A stretch of DNA of 64,000 nucleotides from positions 19,034,001-19,098,000 of the forward strand of contig NC_088861.1 of assembly GCF_963853765.1 (NCBI RefSeq), read 5' to 3'. The stretch is from Magallana gigas (lineage: Eukaryota). This document shows, in pieces, positions 60,109-64,000 of this stretch. Every line of letters begins with the position of its first letter. Position 1 is the first letter of the stretch. Under the pieces are notes generated by a model that saw nothing but the letters and a program-made list of their open reading frames with translations, was not told where the DNA came from and made no database searches. The translations under genes and the position numbers were made by a program.

Positions 60109-62724
60109 AAAAAAAGAGAAGAGATTGTGTTGTGGATTTTTTTAATTTAATAACATCTTTTCCCAAAAATATTTATAATCCATCGGTCTATTAATTAGAA
60201 AATTAGAGATAGATAATTAAGTTAATACAAGGAAACAATGAAAATTTATGTATACCGGTACAAAATAAAACATATTTATAGATATATCAAATCTCTGTGG
60301 ATCACCTGTTATTATTTTTTTTGTTCATTTGATTGGAAAAAAGTGTGAACAACATGTGTTTATCTTCTCTACCACAAATCGCAAGATTTAACTTTATCCC
60401 AAGATGCTCTTATTTCTGATCTTGAAGTTTCTAGAAAGGATGTCTTCAAGATCTAAGAACTATTGATTGGGCATATTGCTGTAAATCGAGTAAAGCCAGA
60501 AGTCAGAGATGCTTGTTCATAGTGGTATTATTGTCAAGTATCAAAGCTAAGTGAACTCAGATTTAACCATGTTATAAATTGTTTATCCTTGTAGGAGGAT
60601 GATAGCTCTTCAACCGGATCAGGTAGCACAGAAGGAAGCGATTCGGAGGACGAAAAACCCAACGAAAAAGAGGCTGAGAAAAAAGACAAGCAGCAAGAAC
60701 AGCAGCAGACGACAACTGAGAGCAAGGAGATTGTTCCTGAAAAAGTGACGGATGCTAAAACAGAAGAAGACGAAGAAAAGACTGTGAAGAAGACAGGAAA
60801 AGAAGAGGAAATGAAAGTGGAAAAAGAAGAGGAAACGAAAGTGGAAAAAGAAGAGGAAACGAAGGTGGAAAAAGAAGAGAAAATGGAAGAAGAGGATATT
60901 AAGGAGAAATCAAAGAATACGGTGATTGTGAGTGAAAAAGATGACGATGTTGAAACAGACTCTGGTGAACGAGATAACAGACCGTCGTCTGCTATGTCGG
61001 AGAGGAAGGAGGAGGAGTCGTCTAAGGAGAAGGGGACGGATGATGAGGACTCGGAGCCTGATGACTACACATTGACTGAGGACCAGAAACGCGCCCTAAA
61101 GGAAATCGAGTACCTGAAGAGTGAGATGGGCTTACCAGGTATGCATGTCTCTTTCATAGGCAGGTAGAGGAATCTGAATGCTGTATATAAGCGAGTTCTT
61201 TTGTTCTATAGGGTTGAAATGATCATTTCAGAAGATTAGAAAATAGTTTGGGAAAAATAAAAGAGAGATATAAAGTTTTCTGTACACACTATTATGACAT
61301 TTGCAACACAAAAAAATATTTCTTTTTTAAATTACATTTAACAATATTACTATACATGTATTTTGATATATTTAAACGTTTGAACCTAAATTTTGATTTG
61401 TCTTATTAATTTAATTGGTTGTCTTTATATAAAATTCAAAACTGAATAAATTACAATGTACATGTATGTATGTCCAATAGAATTTTTTTTGTACACTTAA
61501 GTATACGTACATGTAGGTGATTGTATTTGGTATAAAGTCGTATAATAATGTTGACATACACTTGAATTACCATTCAAAATTAGAAACTTTTAATCAAGAA
61601 ATGGACAAACACATTCTTTTATCGCGTATACCATGTGGGGTCAAAAATTGAATGCTATCCTACCATACATACTGAATAAGATAAGTATAACTGTACAAGT
61701 ACAACCATCTAATCAATTTCCTTTGACCATTTATCAGTTCGAATAAATTAAGGTCCAGAAGTATATATAAATTCTGGAAGATAGAATATCACCAATTTCA
61801 TTTTGGAAAGCATTTAGCAGAGGCAACTTGCAAGTGTGTGAATTGTTTTGCTTGTTAAGCTTATATTTTGTTAAATTTTTCATGTCGATGTTTAAATTAT
61901 TGTATAGAGGTAGTTACCGATAAATGGATTGAATGAATGTTAATTTATCTTTTTCAGAGGAAGATCCACCTGAATATGACGTAAAAGAGCGATTAAAAAC
62001 TTTAAATGAAGAACTTGCCAATGACCCAACACCTGTAGAAAAAAGTAACTCTAAGGTTGTTTTTAAAGCTAATTTAGTGGACTTAGTGGCCCCACCCCCA
62101 GACTATCCCGACGAAGAAACGCCCCGAGAAAACTCAGAAACCCCGCAAACTCAGGAATCGGAGAACTCAAATAATAGTGAAACTGAAAAAAAGGACAACG
62201 GTAAAAAAGTTCTCATTGAGCGAGACGGAAAGTTTGAATTAGTGAGTGAAAATGATGTCCGAGCCAAAGACATGGGACTGCCTGTGTTGATTGATGAAAA
62301 TGAAAATGTAAACAATAACACAACAGACTCGAGTTCTAATAGTGGTGAATTCAATCGAAAGCCTGCCCCGCCTTCCCAACCGAGGCCTTCAACGGCCAAC
62401 GGAAATTCTCGCCGTTCTCGACCAGGTTCGTCGAAGCAGCGAGCGTCATCGGCAGGAACAGAACGCGGATTCGTCTTGGGCGATTTTAACTACAACTCAC
62501 CCTATGCAATGTCGCCCAAGGAAAAGAAGCTAGTGGAAGAACAAGCCAAGCAGAGGGAGCAGCGAGAACGCGACAAGAAGCGGCTAGAGGAGCAGGAGAA
62601 AGAATACCAGGAAAGAGAGAGTAACGACGCATTCCAGGCGTGGCTCAGGCAGAAGAGAGAGGAGGCCAGAAAACGGAAGGAGAGAGAGGAGGAGGACAAG
62701 AAAAAGAAGAATCAAAGTCCCAGG
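55937..62724 (+). CDS. CCDC181: Coiled-coil domain-containing protein 181-like, 3 coding exons seen (55937-56068, 60595-61138, 61958-62724); 3' part lies beyond the gap or window
   Basis: N-terminal DDFDKELESFI, KVLIERDGKFELV, RPSTA, and AFQAWLRQKREE coiled coil, matching recalled CCDC181 motifs. Exon phases 0/1/0 are consistent. Confidence 0.75.
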
Positions 62725-62991
62725 GTAAGGATGTGTTTGTCTGTCTGTCTTCCTGTCTGTCTATCTGTCAGTCTATATCCATCTGTCTGTCTGATGGTGT
62801 CATTCTATGTAATATTGGCATGCCCTGTGGGTTTTTCTCCTGTCTTTGACTTTAGTGTGAAATTTGTAAATGAAAGAAAAATACTAAATAATCATGCTTT
62901 ATTGCAAAGAAAGTAAAATGAAATGAATATTTTAAAAATAGAATTCCGAAATTTTAGAAGTTTTTGACAATGAACTTAATAATGGGTCCTA

Positions 62992-63127
62992 NNNNNNNNN
63001 NNNNNNNNNNNNNNNNNNNNNNNNNNNNNNNNNNNNNNNNNNNNNNNNNNNNNNNNNNNNNNNNNNNNNNNNNNNNNNNNNNNNNNNNNNNNNNNNNNNN
63101 NNNNNNNNNNNNNNNNNNNNNNNNNNN
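62992..63127. other. Assembly gap (N run)
   Basis: Run of N. Confidence 0.99.
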
Positions 63128-64000
63128 GAATTGATTTGAATTAATAATATGCATTTATACACAGTGTACCATAGGTTATTTTATTTGCAGACTTCATTCA
63201 CTATAGTTTATGACTCAGTATTTTGTTAACATAAACTTTGGAGTTATCCCTCCTTGAATATAATTTTCAACTTTGCTTATGTTGATCCAAAAAAAAAAAG
63301 GGGGGAAAATGATTTAACAATTATTTATTAAGCATATCTTACCCAATGGTGAAATGGAATTAATATACTGCATCCTAACTTATGCATAATTAAACAGGAC
63401 TTTGGATGGGATATTAATATAATTTTAAAATATTTAATTTTTTCAGTGTTGTTGTTATGATGTATAATACCTATTTATTTTAAATTATTAATAGACCATC
63501 TTGCATGTATATATAGAAGTTTTAGATTAGATCAATAGAAAACTCAGTAGGAATGCAAAGATTTTTAGAGTAATTATTCTCATAATTATGATACATGTAT
63601 TATAGAATCTAGTCACCTGAATAGAGATGAAGGACCTTGAATCCCAACTAATCGTGATGTTTAAAATCATAAAAACAGTTAATGTGTAGTCCATTTACCA
63701 GAATTTTGCCCAAATACCAGTTATCAAAAGCTCTGTTCCATTATTTTTTTCAAAATAGATTTCTAGCCTTGTTTAGGCTTGGGATGGAGGAGGGGGGATT
63801 TTGAATGCAGTTTATTTGGAATTTGAAAAATGAAAATAAAAGTCTTTTGCTTTTCTGCATTTTATATTTCATTGACAATCAATGCTTAGAATTAGTATGC
63901 CAAAATAATATAAACTTAAAAATTTATTCTGATTTGTCACATCATTTTTTTGGATGCTAAATTAGGTCATAATAAATTGATCTTCATAAATGCACAACGT

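Noticed and set aside
60780-60900. 24-bp KVEKEEET repeat in CCDC181
   Set aside because: Ordinary low-complexity acidic coding repeat.

Overview
AT-rich eukaryotic DNA with spliceosomal introns. The repeat families look like those of a bivalve, probably a Crassostrea/Magallana oyster (inference). Four host genes are present: an ankyrin-repeat/SOCS-box gene (+, 622-3015), a SENP6/7-type SUMO protease (-, ~44018-13926), peroxiredoxin-4 (-, 51720-47876) and a CCDC181-like gene (+, 55937 onward, interrupted by an N gap). The SENP introns hold an intact DIRS1-type tyrosine-recombinase retrotransposon (19244-24533), inserted inside a splice acceptor, and a ~10.9 kb nested stack of Helentron-type non-autonomous elements carrying tandem arrays (27341-38199). 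The most striking unexplained structure is at 6277-10911: 24 dispersed copies of a ~60-nt hairpin with a near-invariant 3' arm (AGCACTAGCCTGTGCT), compensatory stem changes, + strand G:U wobbles and downstream CNNC motifs. I infer a large single-family polycistronic microRNA cluster, possibly inside the intron of a TATA-driven non-coding host transcript. All coordinates were derived by hand; no folding, alignment or database search was run.
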